Source of the DNA: Mycolicibacterium smegmatis
GTDB taxonomy: Bacteria > Actinomycetota > Actinomycetes > Mycobacteriales > Mycobacteriaceae
NCBI RefSeq assembly: GCF_001457595.1
Contig: NZ_LN831039.1
Coordinates: 510,001-542,000, forward strand
Reading direction: 5' to 3'
Length of the DNA stretch: 32,000 nucleotides
In this document: positions 8,622 to 16,700 of the stretch, in pieces
Numbering within the stretch: position 1 is the stretch's first letter
Layout: each line of letters begins with the position of its first letter
The notes under the pieces: generated by a model
Databases searched by the model: none
Told to the model about the DNA's origin: nothing
What the model saw: only the letters and a program-made list of their open reading frames with translations
Position numbers and translations under genes: made by a program

Positions 8622-9421
8622 CCGCCCTGCCACACCGCGTCGAACGGTGCGTTGCCGCCGACCCGCGCGACGATGCCCGCAGTAGTGAACTCCTTGGCCC
8701 TGAGCACGGCCTCTGGCACGTCGGCGCCCTTGGCTAGTTCGGCGGTGATCGCGGCGGCCAGCGTGCATCCCGCGCCGGCGACGCGGGCCTCGCCGACCTT
8801 GGCGGCACGCAGCACCTGGGCGTTCCTGCCATCTGAGTCACGGTCGAAGAGGACGTCGACGGCGTCGCTGCCGGGGAACTCGACGCCGCCCTTCACCACG
8901 ACATGGCGCGGCCCGAGATCGGCGATGCGGCGGGCGGCTTCGATCAGGTCGTCGACCGTGGTGATCTCGTCCATCCCGGACAGGGTGCGCGCTTCGAACA
9001 GGTTGGGCGTGGTGACGGTCGCCAGCGGCAGAATCTCGCGGCGCAGCGCGGTGTCGGTGTCCAGCGCGGCGCCGGGTTCCTGGCCTTTGCAGATCAGGAC
9101 GGGGTCGACGACGATGTGGCGCCACTGCTGCCCGCGCAGCCCCTCGGCGACGACATCGATGGTCGCCGGTGTGCCCAGCATGCCGATCTTCACGGTGTGC
9201 AGGTCGTATGCCGACGTCGCGGCCTCGATCTGATCGGCGACCACCTGCGCCTCGACGGGTACGAACCGATGCGACCAGCCGGCCTTCGGGTCGAACGACA
9301 CGATGCAGGTCACGGTGCCCACGCCGTAGGCGCCGAGCTGCTGGAAGGTCCGTAGGTCGGCCTGCAGACCGGCGCCGCCTGTCGCTTCGGATCCGGCGAT
9401 GACGTAGGCGAAATCAACCAC
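8615..9421 (-). CDS. pdxK: ThiD-family kinase, most like pyridoxine/pyridoxal/pyridoxamine kinase PdxK
   Basis: IAGSEATGGAGLQADLRTFQ, DP..GWSH, TPNLFEARTLSGMDEITTVDDLIEAA, AVDVLFD and GAGCTLAAAITAELAKGA are near-colinear with my recollection of Bacillus PdxK. No TPP-riboswitch core lies upstream. Confidence 0.75.
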   Translation of the reverse strand: MVDFAYVIAGSEATGGAGLQADLRTFQQLGAYGVGTVTCIVSFDPKAGWSHRFVPVEAQVVADQIEAATSAYDLHTVKIGMLGTPATIDVVAEGLRGQQWRHIVVDPVLICKGQEPGAALDTDTALRREILPLATVTTPNLFEARTLSGMDEITTVDDLIEAARRIADLGPRHVVVKGGVEFPGSDAVDVLFDRDSDGRNAQVLRAAKVGEARVAGAGCTLAAAITAELAKGADVPEAVLRAKEFTTAGIVARVGGNAPFDAVWQGGQ

Positions 9422-9546
9422 GTGTACGACCCTACGACAACCGCGGGAGGTTTCGGTCGGGGGCTTTGCCCGCTATTGCCACCGGACGATGGCGCCATCG
9501 GCTACGGTGACGAAATCGTCAATATCGACCGACCCGAGGATGCTTC

Positions 9547-10395
9547 GTGCTCAGATCTTTCGCTTCGGCCCTCGCCCTGACCGCCCTGCTCGCCGCGGGG
9601 TGCGCCGCCCGTTCTGATCAGCCGTCTCCCGAGAAGGCCGAGGCGGGTGCGGGCGAATCGGAAACCGTTGTTGAAGCAGCGGATTCGGACACCGGTGCCA
9701 TGGTGGTGCAGTACGAGGACGCCACCACTGAAGAGGCGCAACGGGGGCGTGAGCTGCTGCAGAAGACCGGGGTTCTCGAACAGCTCGCAGAAGACGTCAC
9801 CGCCACCTACAAGCTGCCGTATGACATCCCGCTCATCGGGGCGCAGTGCGATGAGGCCAACGACTTCTGGAGCCCTGACGACCAGGCGATGAGCATGTGT
9901 TACGAGGACGTCGACGAAAGTCTCAAGATCTTCGGTGAGGCCGGCGACCCCGACCCAGAGGAGTCGGCCCGTCGCGTCGTCGTCGCGTCGTTCTTCCACG
10001 AACTCGGGCACATGCTCATCGACATCTACCAGTTGCCGGCCACCGGTCGCGAAGAAGACGTCGCCGATCAACTGGCCGCGTCGATCCTGCTCGGCCCGGA
10101 CGACGACGGAAACATCGATCCCGACTACGTCCAGGCGGCCAAGGACCAGGCCCGCGAGTACCAGATCTATGCGCAGCAGGACGAACCCGACGAGGAGTTC
10201 TTCGCCGACGTTCACACCCTGGACAGAGCACGCGCCTACAACTTCGAATGCTGGATCTACGGATCCGATCCCGAGGCCAACGCCGACATCGTGGAGCAGG
10301 GATTGCTGCCCGAGTCGCGTGCCGAGCGCTGCCAGGACGAGTTCGACAAGCTCACCAATGCCTGGGCGGAGCTACTCGATCCGCACATCAAATAG
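9547..10395 (+). CDS. Secreted acidic lipoprotein, putative zinc metallopeptidase (DUF4344-like)
   Basis: GTG start. The signal peptide has a lipobox (LLAAGC). An HExxH motif is present (FFHELGHML). The protein is very Asp/Glu-rich and has conserved Cys pairs. Confidence 0.65.
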   Translation: MLRSFASALALTALLAAGCAARSDQPSPEKAEAGAGESETVVEAADSDTGAMVVQYEDATTEEAQRGRELLQKTGVLEQLAEDVTATYKLPYDIPLIGAQCDEANDFWSPDDQAMSMCYEDVDESLKIFGEAGDPDPEESARRVVVASFFHELGHMLIDIYQLPATGREEDVADQLAASILLGPDDDGNIDPDYVQAAKDQAREYQIYAQQDEPDEEFFADVHTLDRARAYNFECWIYGSDPEANADIVEQGLLPESRAERCQDEFDKLTNAWAELLDPHIK

Positions 10396-10404
10396 CTCAT
10401 CGGT

Positions 10405-11004
10405 TCACGTCAGCACCATGCCGAGGCCGAGCGCGATCATCGTCACGGCGATCACGCCGTCGAGGATGCGCCAGGTCATCGGAGTGGCGAACAGCCCGGC
10501 CAGGCGCTTGGCGCCCAGACCGAGACCCAGGAACCAGATGGCGCTCGCCAGCACCGCGCCGGCGCCGAAGAGCCACCGTTGCTCGCGTTGTTCGTTGGCC
10601 AGGGTGCCCAGCAGCACCACGGTGTCGAGGTAGACGTGCGGGTTCAGCCAGGTCAGCGCGAGGCACGTGACGAGCACTTCGGCGAGGCGCGCCGGGGTGC
10701 GCTCGGACGGATTGAGCGTCGACGGACGCAAAGCCCGGCGTGCCGCGAGCACGCCGTAGCCGATGAGGAACGCTGCGCCGCCGAACTTCGTGACCGTTAC
10801 GGCATCGGGGTGTGCGGTGATCACCGCGCCGACGCCGGCAATGCCCGCGGTGATCAGCAGCAGGTCTGACACCGTGCAGACCGCGATCACGGGCAGGACA
10901 TGCTCGCGTCGGATGCCCTGGCGCAGCACGAACGCGTTCTGCGCGCCGATCGCGGCGATGAGTGCCATCGAGGTGAGGAAACCGAGGACCAGCGGGGAGT
11001 TCAC
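10405..11004 (-). CDS. LysE/ArgO family basic amino-acid exporter
   Basis: [18 protein letters not shown] and [17 protein letters not shown] match the LysE/ArgO signature regions. About 6 TM segments, 199 aa. Confidence 0.85.
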   Translation of the reverse strand: MNSPLVLGFLTSMALIAAIGAQNAFVLRQGIRREHVLPVIAVCTVSDLLLITAGIAGVGAVITAHPDAVTVTKFGGAAFLIGYGVLAARRALRPSTLNPSERTPARLAEVLVTCLALTWLNPHVYLDTVVLLGTLANEQREQRWLFGAGAVLASAIWFLGLGLGAKRLAGLFATPMTWRILDGVIAVTMIALGLGMVLT

Positions 11005-11093
11005 GCGGTCGACGTTATGAGCGCGTGTCGATCAAGTACAGCTAATGATTCTACATATGGATTAGTGCTGCTTATTTAAACTGGGCATCGAAA

Positions 11094-11119
11094 ATATCTC
11101 TGACTAAGGTCAGAGATAT
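11094..11119. promoter_or_regulatory. Perfect 11-4-11 inverted repeat ATATCTCTGAC-TAAG-GTCAGAGATAT, ending inside the ATG of the MarR-GNAT gene
   Basis: Read directly from the sequence: arms 11094-11104 and 11109-11119, with the start codon at 11118-11120. It lies in an AT-rich divergent intergenic region. It is a candidate MarR operator or an RNA hairpin that occludes the start codon. Confidence 0.5.
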
Positions 11120-11990
11120 GAGTGTCACGTCGGTTCTTCGCCGGTTCAACCGCACCTACACCCAGCGCATCGGTGTGCTAGACGAGTCGTACCTGGGCAC
11201 CGGCCGGCCGCTCAATGTCTCCCGCGTGTTGTTCGAGATCGGGGGCCTCGGGGCGGTGACGATCCGCGATCTGCGGGACCGGCTCGGGCTCGATTCCGGT
11301 TACGTCACCCGCATCCTGACGCGACTGGAGAACGAGGGGCTGGTACGCGTCGTGCCGGACCCGGCTGACGGACGACGCCGCATCGTCGAACTCACCGACG
11401 CGGGCCGGGAGGCCGTGAACGAACTCGAGGACCGCTCGGAGAGTCGTGCAGCCGACCTCGTCGCGCCGTTGACTGCCCGCCAGCGGGAGCGGCTCGCCGA
11501 CGCGCTCGCAACCGCCGAACTCCTGGTGCGTGCGGCGACGGTGCGACTCGTGGAGGTCGACCAGGATTCCGATGTCGCGCGCACGGCCCTCACGCACTAC
11601 TACGACGAGCTGAACCGGCGCTTCCCCCAGGGCTTCGACCCGGGCGCGCCGTCCGGTCCGGAACACGGTGCGCACTACATCGCCGCGATCAGCGACGGCC
11701 AACCGGTCGGCTTCGGTGGCATCCGACCGCTGGAGTCGGGCGACGACGGGCCGGTCGCCGAGGTCAAACGCATGTGGGTCGACGATCGCTGGCGCGGAGC
11801 GGGTCTGGGCAGCCGGATCCTTCGCCACCTGGAAACGCTTGCGGCCGAACATGGTTTCGCGCGAGTGCGGCTCGACACCAACGGCAACCTCGGCGAGGCG
11901 ATCGCGTTGTACGAGCGCACCGGTTACGCCCAGATCGATCGTTACAACGACAATCCCTATGCGCAGTTCTTCTTCGAGAAGCGGTTGTAG
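11118..11990 (+). CDS. Bifunctional MarR-type HTH regulator / GNAT N-acetyltransferase fusion
   Basis: The N-terminal winged helix reads LRDRLGLDSGYVTRILTRLENEGLV ... DGRRRIVELT. The C-terminal GNAT motif A reads VDDRWRGAGLGSRILRHLE, followed by YERTGY. Confidence 0.85.
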   Translation: MSVTSVLRRFNRTYTQRIGVLDESYLGTGRPLNVSRVLFEIGGLGAVTIRDLRDRLGLDSGYVTRILTRLENEGLVRVVPDPADGRRRIVELTDAGREAVNELEDRSESRAADLVAPLTARQRERLADALATAELLVRAATVRLVEVDQDSDVARTALTHYYDELNRRFPQGFDPGAPSGPEHGAHYIAAISDGQPVGFGGIRPLESGDDGPVAEVKRMWVDDRWRGAGLGSRILRHLETLAAEHGFARVRLDTNGNLGEAIALYERTGYAQIDRYNDNPYAQFFFEKRL

Positions 11991-12877
11991 GCCGGACATT
12001 CTCTCGATCCGCGTGCGCTCAGCACCGCGTTGCTGACGACGATGAGGCCGATGCCGAACCATTCGTGCGCGGCGAGGGCCTGACCGAGCAGCACCCACCC
12101 CGCCAGCGCCGCCCAGACCGGGTTGACGCTGGTGAAGGTGCCGAACATCTGGGCGGGGACCCGGCGCAGCGCGAGCAGATCTGCGACATACGGCGCGATC
12201 GAGGACATCACCCCGCACGCGGTCGCCAACGCGATGGCGGCGACAGTGGGAACATGCGTCGCGAACCAAGCGATGGCGATGGGTGTCCATGCGAGCGCGG
12301 TGACGACGGCCGCCGTGGCTGTGCCCTGCAAGCCCGGCAGACGTTGGCCGACAGTGCGATTCAACAACACGTACGTTCCCCAGCAGGTTCCGGCGACCAG
12401 CGCCAGGCCGACGCCGACGAAGTCGGTGGCGGGGCCGGGCTGCGTGAGCACGACGACGCCGGCGCCCGCGATCAGGGCGCAGCCCATGTCGAGCAGCCGA
12501 CGTGAGCCGGCGATCGCCACGGTGAGCGGGCCCAGGAATTCGAGCGTGACAGCCAGGGCCAGGCCGATGCGGTTGACGGCGGTATAGAGGCTCAGGTTCA
12601 TGACGCTGAACACCAGGACCAGGCCGACGATGGGTGGCCACTGGTCCCGGCGCAGGCCGCGCAGACTGGGGCGCACGGTGGGAGCGAGGACCAGCGCGGT
12701 GGTGAACTGCCGGATCGCGACCACACCGACCGTTCCGATCATGGGGAACGCCATCGCACCGAGGCCGGCACCGGCCTGGTTCGACGCCGAACTGCTCAGC
12801 ATGAGGGCGATGCCCACACGGCGATGGCGTCCAGATGCTGAGCTGGTCGCCCGATCTGTGGCCTCCGGCATCTGCAT
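11957..12877 (-). CDS. EamA/DMT family transporter
   Basis: 10-TM-like hydrophobic profile with a duplicated EamA pattern. The start is set at the internal Met (MQMPE...). The track start at 12934 is also possible. The 3' end overlaps the MarR-GNAT gene by 34 nt (convergent). Confidence 0.75.
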   Translation of the reverse strand: MQMPEATDRATSSASGRHRRVGIALMLSSSASNQAGAGLGAMAFPMIGTVGVVAIRQFTTALVLAPTVRPSLRGLRRDQWPPIVGLVLVFSVMNLSLYTAVNRIGLALAVTLEFLGPLTVAIAGSRRLLDMGCALIAGAGVVVLTQPGPATDFVGVGLALVAGTCWGTYVLLNRTVGQRLPGLQGTATAAVVTALAWTPIAIAWFATHVPTVAAIALATACGVMSSIAPYVADLLALRRVPAQMFGTFTSVNPVWAALAGWVLLGQALAAHEWFGIGLIVVSNAVLSARGSRECPAYNRFSKKNCA

Positions 12878-12945
12878 GCGACCAGCGTAAGTACGTGGCT
12901 GCCATTCACCTAGTGCATGTTTTGACGATGCCATACGATCTGGTT

Positions 12946-13803
12946 ATGGAATGGACGCTGCGGGAACTCCGCGTTTTCGTGACGGCCGCCGATACCGGAT
13001 CGTTCACCGATGCCGCAGCGCAGCTTCATGTTTCGCAGGCCGCGGTGTCGCGCACGATCGCAGGCCTGGAGAAGATCGTCGGCGACAGGCTTCTGCGGCG
13101 GGTTCCGCGCGGGTGTGAGCTCACCGCGGCGGGACAGCAGATCCTGCCGCTGGCGCGCAGAGTGTTGGCCGAAGCCGAAAGCTTCACGGAGTTCCTGCAT
13201 TCGCGCCATGGAGTGTTGAGGCTGGGTTACGCGTGGGCCGCGGTCGGTCGGCACACCGCGCGTCTGCAACGGGACTGGGCGCAGCGGCAGGCTGACATCG
13301 AATTGGAACTGGTCCGGCACAATTCGCCCACGGCGGGGCTTGCGGAGGGTCTGTGTGACGTGGCGGTGATCCGGCGGCCGACCGACGAAAAGCGTTTCGC
13401 GTCGGTCATCGTCGGGCTGGAGCGTCGGCTTGTCGCGTTCGCATCCGACGACGAGCAGTGGTCGGGGCGCAGGCAGCTGAGCATGGCCGAGATCGCCGAC
13501 CGCACCGTGATCATCGATCCACGGATCGGCACCACGAGCAGCGAGTTGTGGGAAGGTTCGGGGCACGTGCCGCAGTTCATCGTGTCCACCGACGTCGACA
13601 CCTGGCTCGACGCGATCGCAGCCGGTCGTGGCGTGGGCACCACTGCCGAGGCCACCGCCCACCACCACCCGCGTCACGGCGTGACGTATCGGCCCATCAA
13701 GGACGGGCCCCGGATCGCGGTGCGGCTCGCATGGTGGCGCGACCATCGGCCGCGCGGCCTCGACGAGCTGGTCGACGCGGTGACCCGGCTCTACTCCACG
13801 TGA
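12946..13803 (+). CDS. LysR family transcriptional regulator
   Basis: MEWTLRELRVFVTAADTGSFTDAAAQLHVSQAAVSRTIAGLEK is a canonical LysR HTH. The start is trimmed from the track ORF (12835); the ATG at 12928 is an alternative. The gene is divergent from the EamA gene. Confidence 0.85.
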   Translation: MEWTLRELRVFVTAADTGSFTDAAAQLHVSQAAVSRTIAGLEKIVGDRLLRRVPRGCELTAAGQQILPLARRVLAEAESFTEFLHSRHGVLRLGYAWAAVGRHTARLQRDWAQRQADIELELVRHNSPTAGLAEGLCDVAVIRRPTDEKRFASVIVGLERRLVAFASDDEQWSGRRQLSMAEIADRTVIIDPRIGTTSSELWEGSGHVPQFIVSTDVDTWLDAIAAGRGVGTTAEATAHHHPRHGVTYRPIKDGPRIAVRLAWWRDHRPRGLDELVDAVTRLYST

Positions 13804-15395
13804 GACAGCGGCTCGGGCATCGCTGCGAGCTGGTTGAACTCGTCGAATGCTGCCATTCGGTCGCGGTACGGCACGTCGGCGATATGAGGCGAGGGCAGGT
13901 CCCACACCAAGGTCGACGGCGTGTGCTCGGAGAACTGTGGCCACGAGACGGGGCCCTGGACCGACGGGTCGCCAGTGGCCAGGAAGCTGAGCCAGGCCGC
14001 GCGTAGCTGTCTACCGAGTGTGCGGTCGGCATCGGTCCATGGCCAGTCCCGCACGCCGTAGGTGCCGAACAGGTAAGGCACGTCTGCTCCGTGAAATGCC
14101 GCGGCGTAGGACTTTTCGATGAGGTCGCTGTCGGGTGGGATCGGTGGTCGGCGCAGGAAGTTGTAGTGCCACAGCGGGCTGTTTCCGCGACGTGCCTGTA
14201 GACGGGCAGCGGTCCAGCTGGACCACACGAAGATCCGGTCGCTCTCCAGCGCCCTGCTGGCGGCGGGGACCTCGGCGTCCGACGATGCGGGATAGAGCTC
14301 GAGGAGCCGGGCGGCGTGTACGCCGTACGTGCGGCGTACGTGGTCGTGATAATCACGCAGACACGCGAGATACCGCGACCCGGATCGTTCATTGCCCACG
14401 TTCCCGACGATCATCGGCACGTCGAGTGCGCGACCGCTCTGGTACGCGGTGAGCGGTGATTCCCGCAGAACGTGGCCGTCGACAACGGGATAGGCCGCGT
14501 CGACCACGTGCGTACTCGTCGACGGGCCCGGCCTGCTGTCCGAACACCACGCGCCCTTGGCGCGTGGAAGCGAAACCGCGGCAAGGGTTTCAGGGGGAAC
14601 CGCCCGCAACTGCGCGGCTGTTCGCGCGCCCAGCAGATCGGCGATCTCGGTGCCGGCCTGTTCCGCGGCCGAAAGGCTCTGCGGGTTCGCGGCGTGGCTG
14701 GGGCCGTCGAGGACGGGCGCCACTCCGGGGCCGCTCTGGGCGATTGCGCGGTGGATCAGTCCCGCGGCCAGGTCCGACGCCCGCAGATTGTGCACGCTGT
14801 GGCCGCCGGCCGACACCCCCGCAACGGTCACCCTGGTCGGGTCGCCGCCGAATGCTTCGACGTTGTCCTGCACCCACCGCAGCGCCGCGAGTTGGTCGAG
14901 CATTCCGTAGTTGCCGGAGACGCCGTGATCGGACTCGGCCGACAGTGCCGGGTGCGCGAAGAAGCCCAAGCGACTCAACCGGAAGTTCACGCTGACAACC
15001 GTCGCGCCGTCGCGCGCGAGCACCGTCCCGTCGTACAGCGGGTTGGACGCCGACCCGAACTGGAACGCGCCGAAGTGCAACCACACCAGGACGGGACGAG
15101 GCTGCTCGCCGCGCGGGCCGGTCCAGACGTTCAAGTACAGACAGTCCTCGCTGAACTCGCGCTCACCGCCGTGATACAGCGAATTGGCCGCAACGTGCGG
15201 CTGCGGTGCACTCGGTCCGTAACGCAGCGTAAGACGGACACCGGTCCAAGGCTTCACGGGTTGCGGTGGCCGCCAACGGAGATCCCCGACCGGCGGCGCG
15301 GCATAGGGGATACCGAGAAACCAGCGGACCTTGCCGTCGGGGGAGTTATGGCCTTCGATCCGGCCACCCGTGACGGTGACCTGTGCGGCAGTCAT
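13791..15395 (-). CDS. Type-B carboxylesterase/lipase family protein
   Basis: The N-terminus G.IEG....V..FLGIPYAAPPVGDLRWRPP is diagnostic. EDCLYLNVW is present. The nucleophile elbow is GVSAGG. Confidence 0.9.
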   Translation of the reverse strand: MTAAQVTVTGGRIEGHNSPDGKVRWFLGIPYAAPPVGDLRWRPPQPVKPWTGVRLTLRYGPSAPQPHVAANSLYHGGEREFSEDCLYLNVWTGPRGEQPRPVLVWLHFGAFQFGSASNPLYDGTVLARDGATVVSVNFRLSRLGFFAHPALSAESDHGVSGNYGMLDQLAALRWVQDNVEAFGGDPTRVTVAGVSAGGHSVHNLRASDLAAGLIHRAIAQSGPGVAPVLDGPSHAANPQSLSAAEQAGTEIADLLGARTAAQLRAVPPETLAAVSLPRAKGAWCSDSRPGPSTSTHVVDAAYPVVDGHVLRESPLTAYQSGRALDVPMIVGNVGNERSGSRYLACLRDYHDHVRRTYGVHAARLLELYPASSDAEVPAASRALESDRIFVWSSWTAARLQARRGNSPLWHYNFLRRPPIPPDSDLIEKSYAAAFHGADVPYLFGTYGVRDWPWTDADRTLGRQLRAAWLSFLATGDPSVQGPVSWPQFSEHTPSTLVWDLPSPHIADVPYRDRMAAFDEFNQLAAMPEPLSHVE

Positions 15396-15454
15396 GGCGC
15401 TCCTTGATGCGGTGATCCTGACCGTGTCCGAACGCTAGTCACCGATCGAGTACA

Positions 15455-15482
15455 GCGGAATCCGCGTTCTGGTGTGCAGAAC
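15455..15482 (-). terminator. Two short adjacent hairpins downstream of the lipoprotein gene (possible U-tract-less terminator)
   Basis: GCGGA-A-TCCGC (15455-15465) and GTTCTG-GTGTG-CAGAAC (15466-15482) start 24 nt after the stop of the minus-strand gene. The stems are short and there is no U-tract. Confidence 0.2.
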
Positions 15483-15505
15483 AGCACAACTATTTCCGCT
15501 GGGGC

Positions 15506-16309
15506 TCAGGGTGTGTCTTCACCTGATCCGTCGTCCACGCCGTCGCTGTCATCGGCAGGCGGCGCGTCGCCGGTATCGGGGGCGTCGCCGGTAGGCGGGT
15601 CGACAGCATCGGGTTGATCTCCGGCGCCGTGGTTGGGATTGGTGCAGATGGTGCCCTCGCAGGGCGAGTATCCGTTGCTGCCGTCGGGGTTCCTGATGGC
15701 GTCGGGCGCGACGAAAGTGCCCGCAGGGCACGCCGGATCCTGGTTCTTGGCGCAGTACTCGTGGGTCAGGTTGTTGCCGGTCGATCCGTCGGCACCGGCC
15801 GGGCCGCCGTTGATGGGCCGGCCGTCGGGGCCCCACGTCCCGACAGGGTCGGCGGCGCCGTGGTTCGGGTTGGTGCAGATGGTGCCCTCGCAGACCACGT
15901 ACGTGGGTGATCCGTCCGGGTTCCGGATGGCGTTCGGGCCGACGTAGCTGCCGACCGGGCAGGCCGGATCCTCATTGCGGGCGCAGTATTCCTGGGTCAG
16001 GTTGTTGCCGGTCGATCCGTCCGCGCCGACCGGACCGCCGTTCACGGGTGCCCCGTTGGCGTCCCAGTGACCGCCTCCCGATTTCACCGCGACGAATGGT
16101 CCGACGTAACTGCCCGCAGGACACTTCGAATCCCGGTTGTGCGCACAGAACTGTGTGTCCGGTGCCGGCGCGGCGCTCGACTGTGCGACCGCCGACGACG
16201 TGGCCGACGGGGATTCTTCGGCCGCAGGCCCCGATTGGGATCCGCAACCTCCCACAAGCAGGGCGAAAACCGCCGCAAGCAGCACGAACATCCTGGATCG
16301 CAACGTCAT
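15506..16309 (-). CDS. Secreted Cys-rich tandem-repeat lipoprotein with an acidic C-terminal tail; function unknown
   Basis: Signal peptide with lipobox LLVGGC and GGGGAGAG upstream of the ATG. Repeated modules are (Y/F)CA.N.D..CP.G.(Y/F)V.P, CEGTICTNPNHGA and NGGP.GADGSTGNNLT. There are 10 Cys after the lipobox Cys. The tail is DAPDTGDAPPADDSDGVDDGSGED. Confidence 0.7.
   Translation of the reverse strand: MTLRSRMFVLLAAVFALLVGGCGSQSGPAAEESPSATSSAVAQSSAAPAPDTQFCAHNRDSKCPAGSYVGPFVAVKSGGGHWDANGAPVNGGPVGADGSTGNNLTQEYCARNEDPACPVGSYVGPNAIRNPDGSPTYVVCEGTICTNPNHGAADPVGTWGPDGRPINGGPAGADGSTGNNLTHEYCAKNQDPACPAGTFVAPDAIRNPDGSNGYSPCEGTICTNPNHGAGDQPDAVDPPTGDAPDTGDAPPADDSDGVDDGSGEDTP
15617..16153 (-). repeat. 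In-frame tandem repeat with a 231-bp (77-aa) period inside the lipoprotein gene
   Basis: Identical 29-mers occur at 15762-15790 and 15993-16021. Identical 22-mers occur at 15641-15662 and 15872-15893. Both pairs are offset by exactly 231 bp. A shorter degenerate first unit lies at the 5' end of the gene. Confidence 0.85.
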
Positions 16310-16586
16310 TCAACTCTCCCCGAGAGACGGCATCATGAAAGCCTTTGTCGCATAACAATCTTGAGCAAAGGCGACCTGTTCGCCACCATAGACCCGTTTG
16401 CTTGCACAGTGAAGGGTTTACGTCGGTGCGGGTGACGGTAGAGCAGCCGTCGGCGGCCCACTGAACGTGCACGAACGTACGGTTCGGATCGTGCGTGTCG
16501 CGGCGCCGCCGAAAACCAGCAGACGGAATCGAGCGGTTATACCGACCATTGGTATGTAAATAGGCGTGCTAGCTGGTCAAACGCCG

Positions 16587-16618
16587 CTACGGATTCCGTA
16601 GGCGCTGATCGCGCGATC
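16587..16618. promoter_or_regulatory. Two adjacent perfect palindromes in the long intergenic region: CTACGGA-T-TCCGTAG and GATCGCGCGATC
   Basis: Read directly from the sequence at 16587-16601 and 16607-16618. They lie about 55-85 bp upstream of the candidate promoter at 16671. These are candidate operators; the binding protein is unknown. Confidence 0.3.
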
Positions 16619-16670
16619 AAGAAAAATATATACACCTGCAAAAGCTAGCGGTGACCTGGGAAAATTCGCG

Positions 16671-16700
16671 TTGACCGTAGTTCTGGCAAATGTTTACGAT
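16671..16700 (+). promoter_or_regulatory. Candidate SigA-type promoter: TTGACC, 18-nt spacer, TACGAT
   Basis: The -35-like hexamer is at 16671-16676 and the -10-like TAnnnT hexamer at 16695-16700. It is oriented toward the LuxR-type regulator gene and would leave a 5' UTR of about 170 nt. This is a motif match only. Confidence 0.3.

Noticed and set aside
9422-9546. Possible TPP riboswitch upstream of the ThiD-family kinase gene
   Set aside because: Reading the minus strand, the conserved CUGAGA and ACCUGAUCUGGAUAAUGCCAGCG-like core elements are not present. The protein also resembles PdxK more than ThiD.
11178-12905. 575-aa minus-strand ORF spanning the MarR-GNAT and EamA genes. Similar cases are 28067..29557 (-), 20819..22120 (-), 23494..24501 (-), 24823..25875 (-), 26598..27653 (-), 19338..20510 (-), 12910..13944 (-), 2853..3740 (-), 1824..2669 (-) and 47..799 (+).
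   Set aside because: All are out-of-frame or antisense to ORFs with clear family signatures and translate to Arg/Pro/Gly-rich nonsense. There is no independent evidence for overlapping genes.
16685-16690. GGCAAA in the leader of the regulator gene, checked as a possible c-di-GMP-I (GEMM) riboswitch, which would be attractive upstream of a polysaccharide locus
   Set aside because: The second conserved half (GACGCAAAGC and flanking pairings) is not found nearby. A 6-mer alone is meaningless.
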